A stretch of 64,000 nucleotides of DNA from Octopus sinensis (GCF_006345805.1 NC_043004.1:31000001-31064000); one strand, 5' to 3'; counted from the first letter of the stretch, positions 1-14,208 are shown. Notes: a model not told the origin generated them from the sequence alone. Numbers and translations are program-made.

Positions 1-665
1 AACAACCTTTGGTTTGCCATATCACCAAAACATGTACCGAAAATGATAAAAATCAAACAACCAGTCAACATCATGGTGTTTGGAGTGATTACTTGTGATG
101 ACAATGTTATGTCTCCATTCATCTTCCCACTCAGCCTTAGACACAACGTGGAAGCCTACATTAAGTGCCTGGAGGAAGTAGTACTGCTCTGGGTCAAGAG
201 GGTAGCTGCAGGAAGACCCTATGTCTGGCAACAGGATATTGCACCATGCCACACAAGCAAGAGAACCCTGTTATGGAAGTCAGACAATTTCTGCAACTAC
301 ACCACCCCTAACACATGGCCATCTAACTCCCCAAACTGTAACCCCACTCCCCTGATTATTATGTGTAGGGTGCAGTTGAGCATGAGATCAGCAAACTCCT
401 TGAAACTCCAAAAATGAACTGAAGGCAACGATTATGACAGCATTGACCAACTTAAACAAGGAGACCATCCAGAAGACTTGCAGGAGATTCCAAAGTTGTC
501 TGGAGGCTGAGGTTGAAGCCAATAGTGATTTTATTGAATAAATTTACTCTTTAGTATTTCAAGATATTTCTATGTAATTTTGGTAAATAGATCTGTTAAA
601 ATGAGATGTCAGTGTTATTTTCATTTTTGCATTATTTAGATGACAATTCATTCACAGCACACCTG
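1..665 (+). mobile_element. IS630-Tc1-mariner (maT/DD37D-like) transposon, 3' part, decayed
   Basis: ORF 43-417 has IMVFGVIT..PFIFP..YIKCLEEVV..YVWQQD.APCHTS..WPSNSP.CNP. The right end gacaattcattcacagcacacctg is followed by TA and matches the ends of the copies at 11397 and 62224. Confidence 0.85.
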
Positions 666-679
666 TATAGATTCATACA

Positions 680-892
680 TATCTGCATACATACATGCAT
701 ACATACATACATACATACATACATACATACATGCATACATGCATTCATGTATGCATGCATGCATGCATACATACATACATACATACATACATACATGCAT
801 TCATGTATGCATGCATGCATGCATGCATACATACATACATACATACATACATACATACATACATACATACATACATACATACATACATACAT
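680..892. repeat. (CATA)n/(CATG)n microsatellite
   Basis: Directly visible. Confidence 0.95.
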
Positions 893-1056
893 CCCTTAAG
901 TTCATTTACTGGAAACGTTTTTGAGTATGCATATAAAAGCTCCAGTTTTATTATGTCAGCTACGGCCTAATGATATTAACTTGCAATAACAGTTTTATGG
1001 GATTGTAGTGAGCTGTGCTGATATAATCTAGGATAAATATAGTAATAATCATAATA

Positions 1057-1692
1057 ATGATTTCAGATTTTCGCACAAGGCCAGCAATTTGGGGGGAGGG
1101 GATAAGTCGATTATATCGACCCTAGCATTCAACTGGTACTTACTTTATGGACCCCAAAAGGATGAAAGGCAAACTTGACCTTGGTGAAATTTGAACTCAG
1201 AGCATTAAGACAGACAAACTGTTGCTAAGCATTTCACCCAGCATGCTAATGGTTCTGCCAACTTGCTGCCTTGTAATAATAATAATAATAATCTTTTCTA
1301 CTATAGACTCAAAGCCTGAAATTTGGTGTGGGGAGGGCCAGTCGATTAGATCAATCCTAATATGCAACTGGTACTCAATTTATTGACCCCAAAAGGATGA
1401 AAGGCAAAGCTGACCTCAGCAGAATTTGAACTCAGAACGTAGCTGCAGATGAAATACCTATTTCTTTACTGCCCACAAGGAGCTACACACAGGGGGGACA
1501 AACAAGGACAGGCAAACGGATTAAGTCGATTATATTGACCCCAGTGTGTAACTGATACTTATTTAATTGACCCCGAAAGGATGAAAGGCAAAGTTGACCT
1601 CGGCGGAATTTGAACTCAGAACGTAGCTGCAAATGAAATACCGCTAAGCATTTCATCCAGCATGCTAACAACTCTGCCAGCTCACTGCCTTG
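1057..1692 (-). mobile_element. tRNA-derived SINEs: one monomer (1057-1273) and one dimeric copy (1291-1692), separated by (TAA)n
   Basis: The body aaggatgaaaggcaaag..gaatttgaactcag occurs three times. It contains a B-box-like gagttcaaattc on the minus strand. The same family occurs at 32095 and 35570. Confidence 0.8.
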
Positions 1693-1720
1693 TAATAATA
1701 ATAATCATAATTCATGGATT

Positions 1721-1760
<40 letters not shown>

Positions 1761-2397
1761 TATATATTATATATATATATATTATATATATATATTATAT
1801 ATATATATATATATATACATATATAACAAAACTGAGTTGGTTCCAAAATTATTTATTTATGTCATTCTTATACCTGTTCCAGTGAAGATTATGTGATCAA
1901 ATTATATAATCTTGGCAAGGTGTACATATAATACTTTCACATCAACAGAGATTATTTCACAATGTGCTTCTGTAGTTTTTCCTGACTAACATAATAAAAA
2001 ATTTGGAGAAAAAAGTACTAGCAAAGGTAATTAAATAGTAATGTCTTAGATTCTAAGTATAAAGTGGTTGTAGATATTATTACTTTAAAAGATAAATATC
2101 TATTTAACGATAGAAAACAAGGCTAAATATGGATACATCTCCACTGGGTTCAGTTGTCAGCTTGTGATAGGGAAGTGCGATTGACCAAGAAAAAATTCAC
2201 TGACCTAGATTTTCTGTTAAACATATGGACAAATTCAGAGAGATATACATTTTCACACTTAACATTTACAAGTATATAAGTATATACATATATGCATATA
2301 TACATACATGCACAGGCACACACTCACACACACATGCACAGGCACACACACGTGCACACACACATACACACAATATATTTTTCTATTGAAAAGCTAA

Positions 2398-3725
2398 TTC
2401 AAATGACGGTAACCAACAGTGGAGTCCTTCACTATTCCTTGACTACCAAGAGTACCAAATGACACTATAGCCACTATTATTTCTGCATGCTCAATGTTAC
2501 AATGCAAAAGAAAGGTAAAGGAAGACAAGCTCTTCAATATCCAGACACACTCTCTTTTACAGTATCTGATTTTCATGATGAAAACCCATCACTATTGTGA
2601 CTGCCAGCAGATGTAATTGATATTTCTTATAACCATGTAACTTGTAGTTTTGGTTACTTAGAACCTGTAAGCTGATCTTACATGTTCTAAGCAACTAAAA
2701 GTACTTATAACTTCACAAAGGAAACAAATATTCACATTTGTCTTTTACACTTCCATTACAAACAAAACAAGACATTATAAATGTTATACAGCTCCTTACC
2801 CATATAAACTCTGCAAGAATGTAAGATGTAGGTGAAGGAGGAGCAATTCAAAATGTTGTGATTGGTTAGCAGAGTGAAGACACAGAAATATTCATTTTTC
2901 CTTTGTTTACACAGAAAGAAATACTCATTTTTCTTTTGTCTATGTGGGTAGCAGGATTGTTGATAATCATTGCCAGAAAGTCAGCATGAATTACACCCAG
3001 GATGGTTAACCTCTTCATCACCATATTTTTGTTAAAATACATCACTCTCATTCCAATTCATTTTAAAGATAATGAAAAATTTAGTAAAATGACTTTTTCA
3101 TTATTAAACAAATGGCACTTGTGCTAGTGCTATGTTAAAAGCACTGGTGCTGGTGCCACATAAAAAGTATCCAGTACACTCTGTGGATTGGTTGGCATTA
3201 AGAAAGGCTTCCAGCCATAGAAACCTTGCCAGAACAAACACTAGAGCCTGGTTCAACTCTTGATTTTTTTTTCCATGCAAATATAAATATATAGCAGAGA
3301 ATAATTTAGATGATATCAGTGAGGCTCACAAGGAAACCTTTCACAAAGACAACACGACAATAAACAGAAGGTTTGTGTGTAAAAGATGAAGATGAATATT
3401 TGTTTCCATTGTGAAGTTATTAATACTTTTAGTTGCTTAGAACTGGTAAGATCAGCTTACAGGTTCTAAGTTACCCAAAGTACAAGTTACATGGTTATAA
3501 GAAATATTAATTACATCTGCTGGTAGTTGCTGTAGTAGTAGGCTTTCACCATGTGTATTAGATACTGTAAAAGAGAGTGTGTCTAGATATTGAAGAGTTT
3601 GTCTTCTTATAACTCTCTTTTGCATTGTAACATTGAGTATGCAGAAATAATAGTGACTATAGTGTCATTTGGTATTCTTGGTAGTCCAGGAATAGAGAAG
3701 CACTTTTCTGTTGATTACATCATTC
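2398..3725. repeat. Inverted repeat pair (arms ~2398-2750 and ~3376-3725) with ~625 bp spacer
   Basis: The arms are reverse complements. ORF 2394-2576(-) LKSLSS..LLHCNIEHAEIIVAIVSFGTLGS matches ORF 3590-3793(+) MKSLSS..LLHCNIEYAEIIVTIVSFGILGS. Confidence 0.85.
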
Positions 3726-3939
3726 AAAATATTGCCATGAGGTATCACTATATATATATAATATGTAATTGCTCACAACCTTCAAAACTTTAACATTTTA
3801 AAACTGTTCCCCATTTTCTAAGTGTGTCAATGTTCTTATATCTATTGGTACGATTTTGAGCCAAGCAAACATAAAATTGATTTATATCTCTCTTATCAAT
3901 CATGGGAATAAAAAGGAAGCTAGTATCTGGTCCTAGATA

Positions 3940-4200
3940 ATGGGAGCATTATATAAGGGCATATCATATAATGGGCACATTATATAATACAATATAATGT
4001 GTACATTACAATATAATGTGCACATATAATATAATGTGTACATTACATGAAGCTTACTTTATATAAATACAACATAAAAGCAATGTTATATACAAGGCAC
4101 ATTATATAAAGGGTACTTTTACAAGGGATTCATTGTATAAAGGGTATATTATACAAATATAATATAAATATGAAGGATACATTATATAAATATAAAACTA
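3940..4200. repeat. Degenerate AT-rich minisatellite (aatataatgtgtacattac-like unit)
   Basis: Repeated cacattatata/ataatgtgtacatt motifs. Confidence 0.55.
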
Positions 4201-4610
4201 AACTTATTTGTATAAATATTGATAACAAGTAGACCTCCTAGGTTTTGTTTAGACATCAGCCTCGTAGAAGGAAATTCTGAAATAATACCCATTCCATGGC
4301 AAAGCTGGAGATCTTGCTCCTGCTTGTTTCTGGACTACTTGGCTTGAAGGTGAAAGCCTTAGTGGTGCTGTGCCAGCTGTTATTGACTTTAAATTTCACC
4401 ACAGACATTGCTGACGGCCATTGTCTTAAACATCTAGGATAAGATAAATTGTCAGTGACAGTCATAATCATCTATGAGTTGACAGCTACAATGTATACAC
4501 ACACACAGATGGGGGTGGAGGTGTGTGTATGTACATTCCAGCAACTTGCATATTTTGCATCTGATCCAACCTAGACATGTTAATGAATATGCAAATGTAT
4601 ATATATATAT

Positions 4611-4701
<91 letters not shown>

Positions 4702-4744
4702 TATATATATATTATATATATATATATATATATTATATAAAGCT

Positions 4745-4910
4745 ACACTCATGGAGTGGTTGGCGTTAGGAAGGGCATCCAGCTGTAGAAACATTGCCAG
4801 ATAAGACTGTAGCCTGGTGCAGCCTTCTGGCTTCCCAGATCCCCGGTCGAACCGTCCAACCCATGCTAGCATGGAGAACGGACGTTAAACGATGATGATG
4901 ATGATGATGA
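4745..4910 (+). mobile_element. RTE-LINE 3' tail fragment ending in (GAT)n
   Basis: gagtggttggcgttaggaagggcatccagctgtagaaac..cccatgctagcatgg matches the 3' end of the RTE at 43870-45745. Confidence 0.75.
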
Positions 4911-4929
4911 TATATATATATATATATAT

Positions 4930-5118
4930 AAGACGCCATGATAGATCGTTAGCCACTACACACATTTTTTTCTCTCCTTTTTTTTCTGTGTACCTTTCTG
5001 TAGAAGAGAATAGGCTCGAAACGTAAAAGACTTTTTCTATTCCTGAGCGTTATACTAATACACCTGTTTGTTTTGTACACCACCTGTCTTCGTTTTTTGT
5101 TTTTTTCGTAAACTTTCC

Positions 5119-5122
<4 letters not shown>
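4930..5122 (+). mobile_element. Penelope-type terminal repeat (pLTR) relic with degenerate hammerhead motif
   Basis: cttt ctgtaga a gag..gctc gaaac gta aaag at 4994-5029. Flanked by (TA)n and adjacent to a PLE RT fragment. Confidence 0.55.
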
Positions 5123-5149
<27 letters not shown>

Positions 5150-5156
<7 letters not shown>

Positions 5157-5495
5157 CTTAAAACCATTCCTCAAGCATATCAAAAGCTACGTAAGGGACG
5201 ACTTGGACATGCTCAATCACCTCCCTAAAACAATAAACAAAAACACCCTACTAGTATCCTTCAATGTAGTCAACCTCTATTCTAATATCCCTCACAGCCT
5301 AGGAATAGAGGCAATTCAATTCTGGCCAGAGAATTATGCCAATCGCATCAAAAAGAATTTGTAATAGAAGGGCTAAAATTCATCTTGGAGAATAACTACT
5401 TTGCAATGGGTACAAGAATGACCCCTTCCTTTGCTAACCTAATCATGGGTTATCTAGAAATCAGTCTTTATTATAAGGTACTAGAAAAGTACTAG
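5150..5495 (+). mobile_element. Penelope-like (Neptune-type) reverse transcriptase fragment
   Basis: LKPFLKHIKSYVRDDLD..LVSFNVVNLYSNIPHSLGIEAI..FILENNYF, then AMGTRMTPSFANLIMGYLE after an internal deletion. Confidence 0.8.
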
Positions 5496-5496
5496 C

Positions 5497-6075
5497 CTGG
5501 GCAAAGTTCAGAAAGCTCCCACCTTTATGGGTGACAAAGGGCCTCTCGCTCATAGTGAAAGGTAGACTGTATGATGCATGTGTGTGAACAGCCATGCTAC
5601 ACAGCAGTAAAACATGAGCCATGACTGTTGAGGACATATGTAGGCTTGAAAGAAATGAAGCTAGTATGATCCACTGGATGTGTAATGTCAGTGTGCACAC
5701 ACAATAGAGTATAAGCACCCTGAGAGAAATATTGGACAGAAGAAGCATCAGATATGGTGTGCAAGGGAGAGAACTGCACTGGTATGGTCATGTGTTACGT
5801 ATGGATAAGGAGAGCTGTGTGAAGAAGTGTCACTCCTTAACAGTGGAAAAACCCCTTGGAAGAGGGAGACCCAGGAAGACATGGGATGAGGCAATGAAGC
5901 ACAACCTTTAAACATTGGGCCTCACAGAGGCAATGACAAGAGACTGAGACCTCTGGAGATATGCTGTGATTGAAAAGACCCAGCAAGTGAAGTGAGATCA
6001 CAGCCATAGCCTATACCAGTGTCACATAACCAACCCATTTAAAAAGTACCTTTGAATCATCGAGCAACACACTGT
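5497..6075 (+). mobile_element. RTE-clade LINE, 3' part of ORF
   Basis: AWAKFR..KGLSL.VKGRLYDACV..MLH..WA pattern. Homologous to 44750-45260. Confidence 0.8.
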
Positions 6076-6099
6076 GCTTTGCATATCTATATATATATG

Positions 6100-6520
6100 G
6101 GTGGGTAAAGGGGGTCCACATAGTCACTGGACACTGGTTGGCTGAGCACCATGCTGGGCTAAAACTTCCAAAGAGGGACGCAAACCCCAAGTCCTACTTC
6201 GACCTCCTCATAGTACTACCTGTATCTAAACCAACAAGAGAGGACGACTGTGGGTGCCTGGCATAGTATAACTAGGCTGCTCTGAGTGGATGGGGCTCAT
6301 TAGCCATGATGGGCAGTCTGTCTAGGAGCACAACCTACAACACCCAGCTTGCTGGGCAATGGCAGATGCACTCTGGGTGTAAAGGGTGGGGGCCAGTTCT
6401 GTGCAGACTGCACTTTACCTTAAAATTCCATCATGCAGGCTGAAAGATATGCCACAAATGAGCATGCAGATGACATGGACAACAGCCTTCCTAATCTTCG
6501 TCAGCGAAGCCAAGCCAAGA
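6100..6520 (+). mobile_element. Probable LINE 5' UTR / ORF start relic
   Basis: GC-richer block ending in the short frame MQAERYATNEHADDMDNSLPNLRQRSQAK, truncated by (TA)n. The assignment rests on recalled similarity only. Confidence 0.35.
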
Positions 6521-7306
6521 TATATATATATATATAAATTAAAGGGTATAGTGAATGTTGAAGGTAAATCCATACTACATATGTTTCCAAGCCAATCAGG
6601 ACATGTTTTATATAACTCAAAGGTGTAACACAAACACACACACACACATACACACACATACACACACATATTTTTGTCTTCAGTCATAAGCCATTGTCAC
6701 AAAGAGAAATAGGTTAAAAGAATGAAACGAAAAATTATATTTTTTGTTTTATTCTTCTTATCTGTCAATCTGGTGACCTGATTCCAACTTAATTGCCTAA
6801 TTAATGATAGAACTTACCTCCTTTATTCTCTCCACCCATCTTACCCCAATGTCTATATTCTTTCTCCTTTAATAAACTGGCTTCTTTAAACACACCCTTT
6901 CACCTCAAATGTTGTTTGCCTACTAATAATGAATTTTATTTGACTTATCTGTTTCCACCTACCATTCTGCTGTGGCCTAGATTAATGGATTCCTCTCATC
7001 TCTCTTTGCAACAATGACTTACAAATACAAGTAATTCACCCTGAAGAAAAGCTGAGTTGCGCACATATATGTGTTACATTTTGAGTTAATTAAAACATAT
7101 TTAGATTGGCTTGGAAACATATGTGCCACATATTTACCTTCTCCATTCCCTACACCCTTTAAATTATAATTGTATTGTAAGCAATATTCATTGCTAAATT
7201 GTGAGTTTACAGTTATCTTATTGAAACCTCCGTTGCCATCATTTTATCAAAACCCACAGCAAATGGATGTATAAATAAAACACATACACTCACCATCTTA
7301 ATAATA

Positions 7307-7338
<32 letters not shown>

Positions 7339-7340
7339 AG

Positions 7341-8800
<1,460 letters not shown>

Positions 8801-8836
8801 CTGAAAATAGTATGCCAGGTGCATAAATCACAACTA

Positions 8837-10121
8837 TCAGGTCATCCCATAAGTTCTGTCCGAATTTTGAATAAAGAAAACAAGTGATCAAATGTTATAT
8901 TTAATTGAAATTTAATCATCAGTGTACTTTCCCTGATTATCTATGACTTCCTTCCATCTGTTTACAAGCTTTTTAATCCCATCAATGTAAAGCTCTTTTG
9001 GTGTCAAAGTGAAGAACTCTGGAATGTCAGTTTCGACCTCCTCCTGGCTTGTGAAAGTTATGTCTCCCAGATGATTCTGTAAACTATGAAACAAATGGTA
9101 GTCTGAAGGAGCAAGGTCGGGAGAATAAGGGGGATGAGGAATTTTTTCCCAACCAAGCTCTTCAATCTTCTGTGATGTGATCTTTGCAGTGTAGGGTCAC
9201 ACATTGTCTGGATGAAACATCACTCCTTTTTGATTCACTAAAGCAGGTCATTTTTCTTCAAAGCTTGGTTCAAATGCTCTAATTGCTGACAGTAGACTTG
9301 AGCATTGATTGTTGCATTAAGTGGTGACAATTCAAAGTGAATTACTCCTTTGCAATCCCACTAGATAGAAAGTAGAACCTTTTTTCCATAAAGTTCCCTT
9401 CTCAGTTGTGGTTGAGCTTTTTCCCTTTTACCAAGCTACTGTTTATGATGTCTAACATTTTGATAGAAGATCCATTTTTCATCGCCAGTCACAATTCTAT
9501 CCAAAAAGGGTGAAATGAGTTCGCGAGAATGGAGAGAAGGGCAGATGTCAACTCGGGATTTGTGTTTGCTTTCAGACAATTCATGAGGCACCCATTTTCC
9601 AAGTTTAGGAACCTTTGCAAGTTGTTGAAGATGATGATGAACAGTTGTATTGTTTGAATTAAGCTTTATTGCCAATTCTTCAACTGATAACGCAGGATTT
9701 TCTTCAAATAATGCCTCAAGGAGCTTATCATCAAAATTCAAATGGACGTCCTGTTCGAACTTCATCTTCAAGGCTGAAAACTCCACTTCAGAATTTTGCA
9801 AACCATCTACTGCAAACCATCTTTCATTCAAACATTCTTTCCCATAAACTGAGTGTATGTTTCAAGTCGTTTCAAGAGTTTCCTTTTTTGTACTCATAAA
9901 GCATTATGTGCCTCAAATGCTCTTTGGATACTTCCACATTAGAAAGGGTTTTAATCAAAGAAATTTAATTCTATTATTCTGTAAAATAATATTTAATTAG
10001 TTTAAATGTACACAAATGCATAAAAATAATTTCTAATTCCATTAGACATTCTAAAATACTATTAAATTTCATTCAATTTTAAAAAAAGGTAAAATTGGAC
10101 AGAACTTATGGGATGACCTGA
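8837..10121 (-). mobile_element. Full-length decayed mariner (DD34D) transposon
   Basis: TIRs tcaggtcatcccataagttctgtcc at both ends with TA flanks. Peptides KLGKWVPHELS..FLDRIVTGDEKWIFY and FHSLQNHL..GIKKLVNRWKEVIDNQGKY. Confidence 0.95.
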
Positions 10122-11003
10122 TATATGTGCACAGCAAGGTGTCCTCATATCAAGATGAATGAATAATGCATGTCCTTGCAGGTGGGAATCAAAATTTTCT
10201 TCAGGTCAAATAACCCATCCCACTCAAAAGGTCCCTGAATAATTGTTGTTTAAGGAGGATAAACAAAGCACCCATTATTATTACTATTATTAATGATACG
10301 TGATTCTAGCATAAGCAAAAGGCCTGAAATTTGGGTTAAGGATGGGATTAGTTGATACTGTCTGCTCCAGTATTTTATTTCATCGACCCTGAAATGACAA
10401 AAAAGGTATTTAATTATTGTGATGAAATAATAAATGAAAGGTTTCAATGATCCCTAAACCAGTCTAAACTTCCAGATTCTGTAATGTTAAACAGATGAAT
10501 GAAGGAATTCCTCTGATCATTCTGCTAGCTCATACAAGCATTGAAAAATATGGCACCTCACACATCATCATCATCATCATCATCATTTTAAAGTTCACTT
10601 TACCATGCTTGCATCAGCTGTACAGAGTTTATTGAGGCAGATTTTTAATAACCAGATGCCCTTCCTGTTGGCAACCCTCACCCCTCTCTAAGAGATAATA
10701 TTTCCCCATGACCAGAAAGATTTTTGTAAAATATTGGAAATGAATGACAATCCTTGTATAACAGTAACAATTATTTTACAACTATCACACAATATCACAG
10801 AATGTCAAGACAAGAAACAATAAACATACACACATTCACATGTACATACATACACATATATATACACACACATACATATGTATATTTTCATATTTACACA
10901 TAGACATATATATATATGTATGTATGTGTATATATATATATATGTATATGTATGCATATATATAATGTGTATGTATGTGTGTGTGTGTGTGTGTATATAT
11001 ATA

Positions 11004-11380
11004 CACTACCGTCAGAAATTAATTAGCACCCTTGATTTGCTCTTCACTCAAGGTATGTGCTGTCACCTAGTGGCCATATCTCGAACTATTGCTTTGTTGC
11101 GAGTTCACTGTTGCACAGAACGATGACGTAACTTTGTTTGCAGAGCAGTTTGAGAGTCTACAGCCTTATGATGTTGACATAGCAGTGCAACAAATTGGAG
11201 TGCGGATGCAGACAAATCTTCCTTTGTTTAATAGATATAGGTAGCGCCTCGCAAGGACCGAAATCACACCATACTAAGTTTTCTCATCGCGTAAGACGTT
11301 TTGAACAGCTCATAGGTTAATTGATTTAACCTATTTAATGTAGAAATTTGAGAAGTGCTAATTAATTTCTGACGCAAGTG
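11004..11380. mobile_element. Tc1/mariner-type MITE, 377 bp
   Basis: TIRs cact..cgtcagaaattaattagcac at both ends, TA flanks, no ORF. Confidence 0.85.
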
Positions 11381-11396
11381 TATATATATATATATA

Positions 11397-12235
11397 CAAG
11401 GTGCGATGGGTAAATTGACACCATCTTATGTATTTAATTTTATGCTTGTGTATTATTTATTTTTGATTTTGTTGACTACACAGTATATTAGGGTCAGTTG
11501 GGCAATGTCTATGAGAAAAACAGCACCATGATGCAATTCCCTCGGACAGAAATTTGGAAATGACATGCATTTGTGCCAGAGCTCTAATACAAACATTTCA
11601 GAGTGTTTGGGTGTCAATTTGAGGACAGTGCAATCTGAGGAGATGTACTGAGAGTGATAAAAATCAAACATCCAATCAACATCATGGTGTTTGGAGTGAT
11701 CACTAGTGATGGTGACATAATGCCTCTATTCATCTTCCCACACAGCCTTAGACTCAACACAGAGACCTACATCAAGTGCCTGGAGGAGATAGTGCTGCCC
11801 TGGGTCAAGAGAGGGTGTTGCTGGAAGACTTATGTCTGGCAAAAGGACTCTTCACCATGCCATACAAGCAGAAGAACCCAGTCATGGCAGTGAGACAATT
11901 TCTGCAACCACATCACTCCTAACATTTGGCCACCTAACTCCCCAGACTGCAACCCCCTTAATTATTATGTATGGGTTGCAGTTGAGCAAGAGACCAACAA
12001 AACTCCTTGTAACACCATCACCAACTTAAACAAGGACACCGTTTAGAAGAGTTGCAGGAGATTCCAAAGTCATCTGAAGGCCATGGTTGAAGACAATGGC
12101 GATTTTATTGAATAAATTTGTTCTTTATTTCAAGATATTTTTATGCAATTTTGGTAAATATATCTGCTAAAATGAGATGTCAGTGTTATTTTCATTTTTG
12201 TGCAATTTAGGCAACAGTATATTCACTGCACTCTG
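11397..12235 (+). mobile_element. Internally deleted maT/DD37D-like transposon
   Basis: ORF 11654-11893 IKHPINIMVFGVITSDGD.MP.FIFPH.LRLNTE. Both termini are present and match the copies at 1-665 and 62224-62771. Confidence 0.9.
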
Positions 12236-12253
12236 TGTGTATATATATATACT

Positions 12254-12680
12254 CTCTCTTTTACTTGTTTCAGTCATTTGACTGTGGCCATGCTGGAGCA
12301 CCACCTTTTTGTAGAGCAAATCAACCCCAGGACTTATTCTGTGTAAGCCTAGTACTTATTCTATCGGTCTCTTGCCGAACTGCTAAGTTACGGGGACATA
12401 AAAACACCAGCATCGGTTGTCAAGCAATGCTGGGGGGACAAACACAGACACATAAGCATATACACACACACATACATATAAATATATATATATATATACA
12501 TATATATACATATATACGACGGGCTTCTTTCAGTTTCCATCTACCAAATCCACTCACAAGGCTTTGGCCAGCCTGAGGCTATAATAGAAGACACTTGCCC
12601 AAGGTGCCACACAGTGGGACTGAATCCAGAACCATGTAGTTCGTAAGCAAGCTACTTACCACACATCCACTCCTACACCT
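12254..12680 (-). mobile_element. tRNA-derived SINE (second family, with internal (CA/TA)n)
   Basis: cttttacttgtttcagtcatttgactg...cccaaggtgccac.cagtgggactgaa.cc..aaccatgt. B-box ggttcagtccc on the minus strand. Confidence 0.85.
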
Positions 12681-13101
12681 ATATCTATATATACATATAC
12701 ACACACATATATATATATGCACATATATATATGCATACACATATCATCATTATCATCATTGTTTACCATCCTCTTTTCATGGCTAAATGGTTTGACATGG
12801 AGCTGGCTAGCAGAGAGCTGTCCAGACTCTGTCTATATACACGTGTGTGTGCGCATGCATGCATATGTGTGTGTGTGCATGCGTGTATGTGCACATGTGT
12901 GTGTGTGTGTGTGCATGTGTGTGTGTGTGCATGTGTGTGCATGTGTGTGTGTGCGCGCACACATGTGTGTATGTGTATGTGTGAGTGTATTTATGAAAAA
13001 TTATGATAAATACAACTTCAGATCATTTGTTATCTACATACATTTCACCTTCGTGGTTGTTTGAAACAACAGCCTTGGATGTCCCAAGTGCAACTGAATA
13101 T

Positions 13102-13248
13102 TTAACCATAATGGATTGTCAGGGAATCATCATCATGTTACAAACATTTAATCTCTGTAACATAATGCAATGAAGTGTTTCCTTGATGATCCATTGTGAG
13201 GATTAAGCATCCAGTTGCACACAGGACATGCAATGTTGTTATTCCAAA
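13102..13248 (-). pseudogene. Possible ankyrin-repeat relic
   Basis: One frame reads KFGITTLHVLCATGCLILTMDHQGNTSLHYV, giving two G-x-T-x-LH motifs, but they are only 21 aa apart and followed by stops. Confidence 0.35.
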
Positions 13249-14071
13249 CTTCCACAGTAGTGGAACATACATAGGGAACAAATTATATAAATGTGCTTAT
13301 CATAATTTCTCCTACATTAGCTTTGTATATCATGACCAGTAATACAAGTAACTATAGAAGTAGCTTAAGCACTATACTGAAAGCAGTTGAATGGTCTACA
13401 CGGAGCTTTAAAGTCAACAGTAGCAGTTATATACACACACACACACACACACCACACACACACACACACACACACGCACACAAACACATATGATGGGTTT
13501 GTTTCAGTTTCTGTCTCCCAAATCCACTCACAAGGCTTTGATTGACCCAAGGCTATATATAGTAAAAGATGTTTACCCAAGGTGCCATGCAGTGTGATTG
13601 AACCTAGAACCATGTAGTTAAGATGCAAACTTCTTACCACACACTTCCACACCTGCACCAGTTGACTAATTCAATGAAGGCTTGTGGAGTTGTGTAAATT
13701 ATGAACAGACGAGTCAAAATAACTGTAATATATTTGAACATTGTACAATCAGTCTTACACCTGAATCACATGGCCATTTCACTTTTACTCACCTGAAAAT
13801 TTTGTCCCAGATATCACTTCTGTAAACTGTATATTGGTTTCAGTCAAAAGTCTACAATCTACTTCTACACATCTCTCAATACTTTACTGATTCCTTCCAA
13901 CATTTTCTATCAAATTTCCCCTTCTTCTAAATTCCTGTCTGCTCCTTTCTCTCACCTACTATCTCACAACAGATCTTATGACTGACTTTAGGGAATTTAT
14001 ATTTTTGGCCCCTTATCATCAACATTCCTGATTTAATCTCTCGTTTTAAATATTTTCTTTTCATTCATATT

Positions 14072-14208
14072 TTATTTATTTTGTTTTTTCTCTTTTTCTG
14101 AATCAATTTCACTTTCTTCTTGCAAGATCCCATTTCTTTGTATACCATTACAAGAATTTTCTTTTTCCTCTCTACAATTAAGGTCCATCTCCAACTGTTC
14201 TTCAGCTT
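14072..14208 (-). CDS. Candidate terminal coding exon of an unidentified minus-strand gene
   Basis: Strong acceptor gttttaatttattttttacag. The phase-1 frame reads AEEQLEMDLNCREEKENSCNGIQRNGILQEESEIDSEKEKKQNK*. A donor CAG|gtgagt lies at 13793/13792. Confidence 0.3.

Noticed and set aside
4256-4490. Protein-like frames (YPFHGKAGDLAPACFWTTWLEG; MAKLEILLLLVSG..)
   Set aside because: Flanking stops, no convincing splice sites and no recognisable family. Probably a dispersed repeat fragment.
7038-7125. CTGAAGA...GAAAC-ATAT-GT hammerhead-like relic
   Set aside because: Position 17 is G and no helix I can be formed, so it is too degenerate to call.
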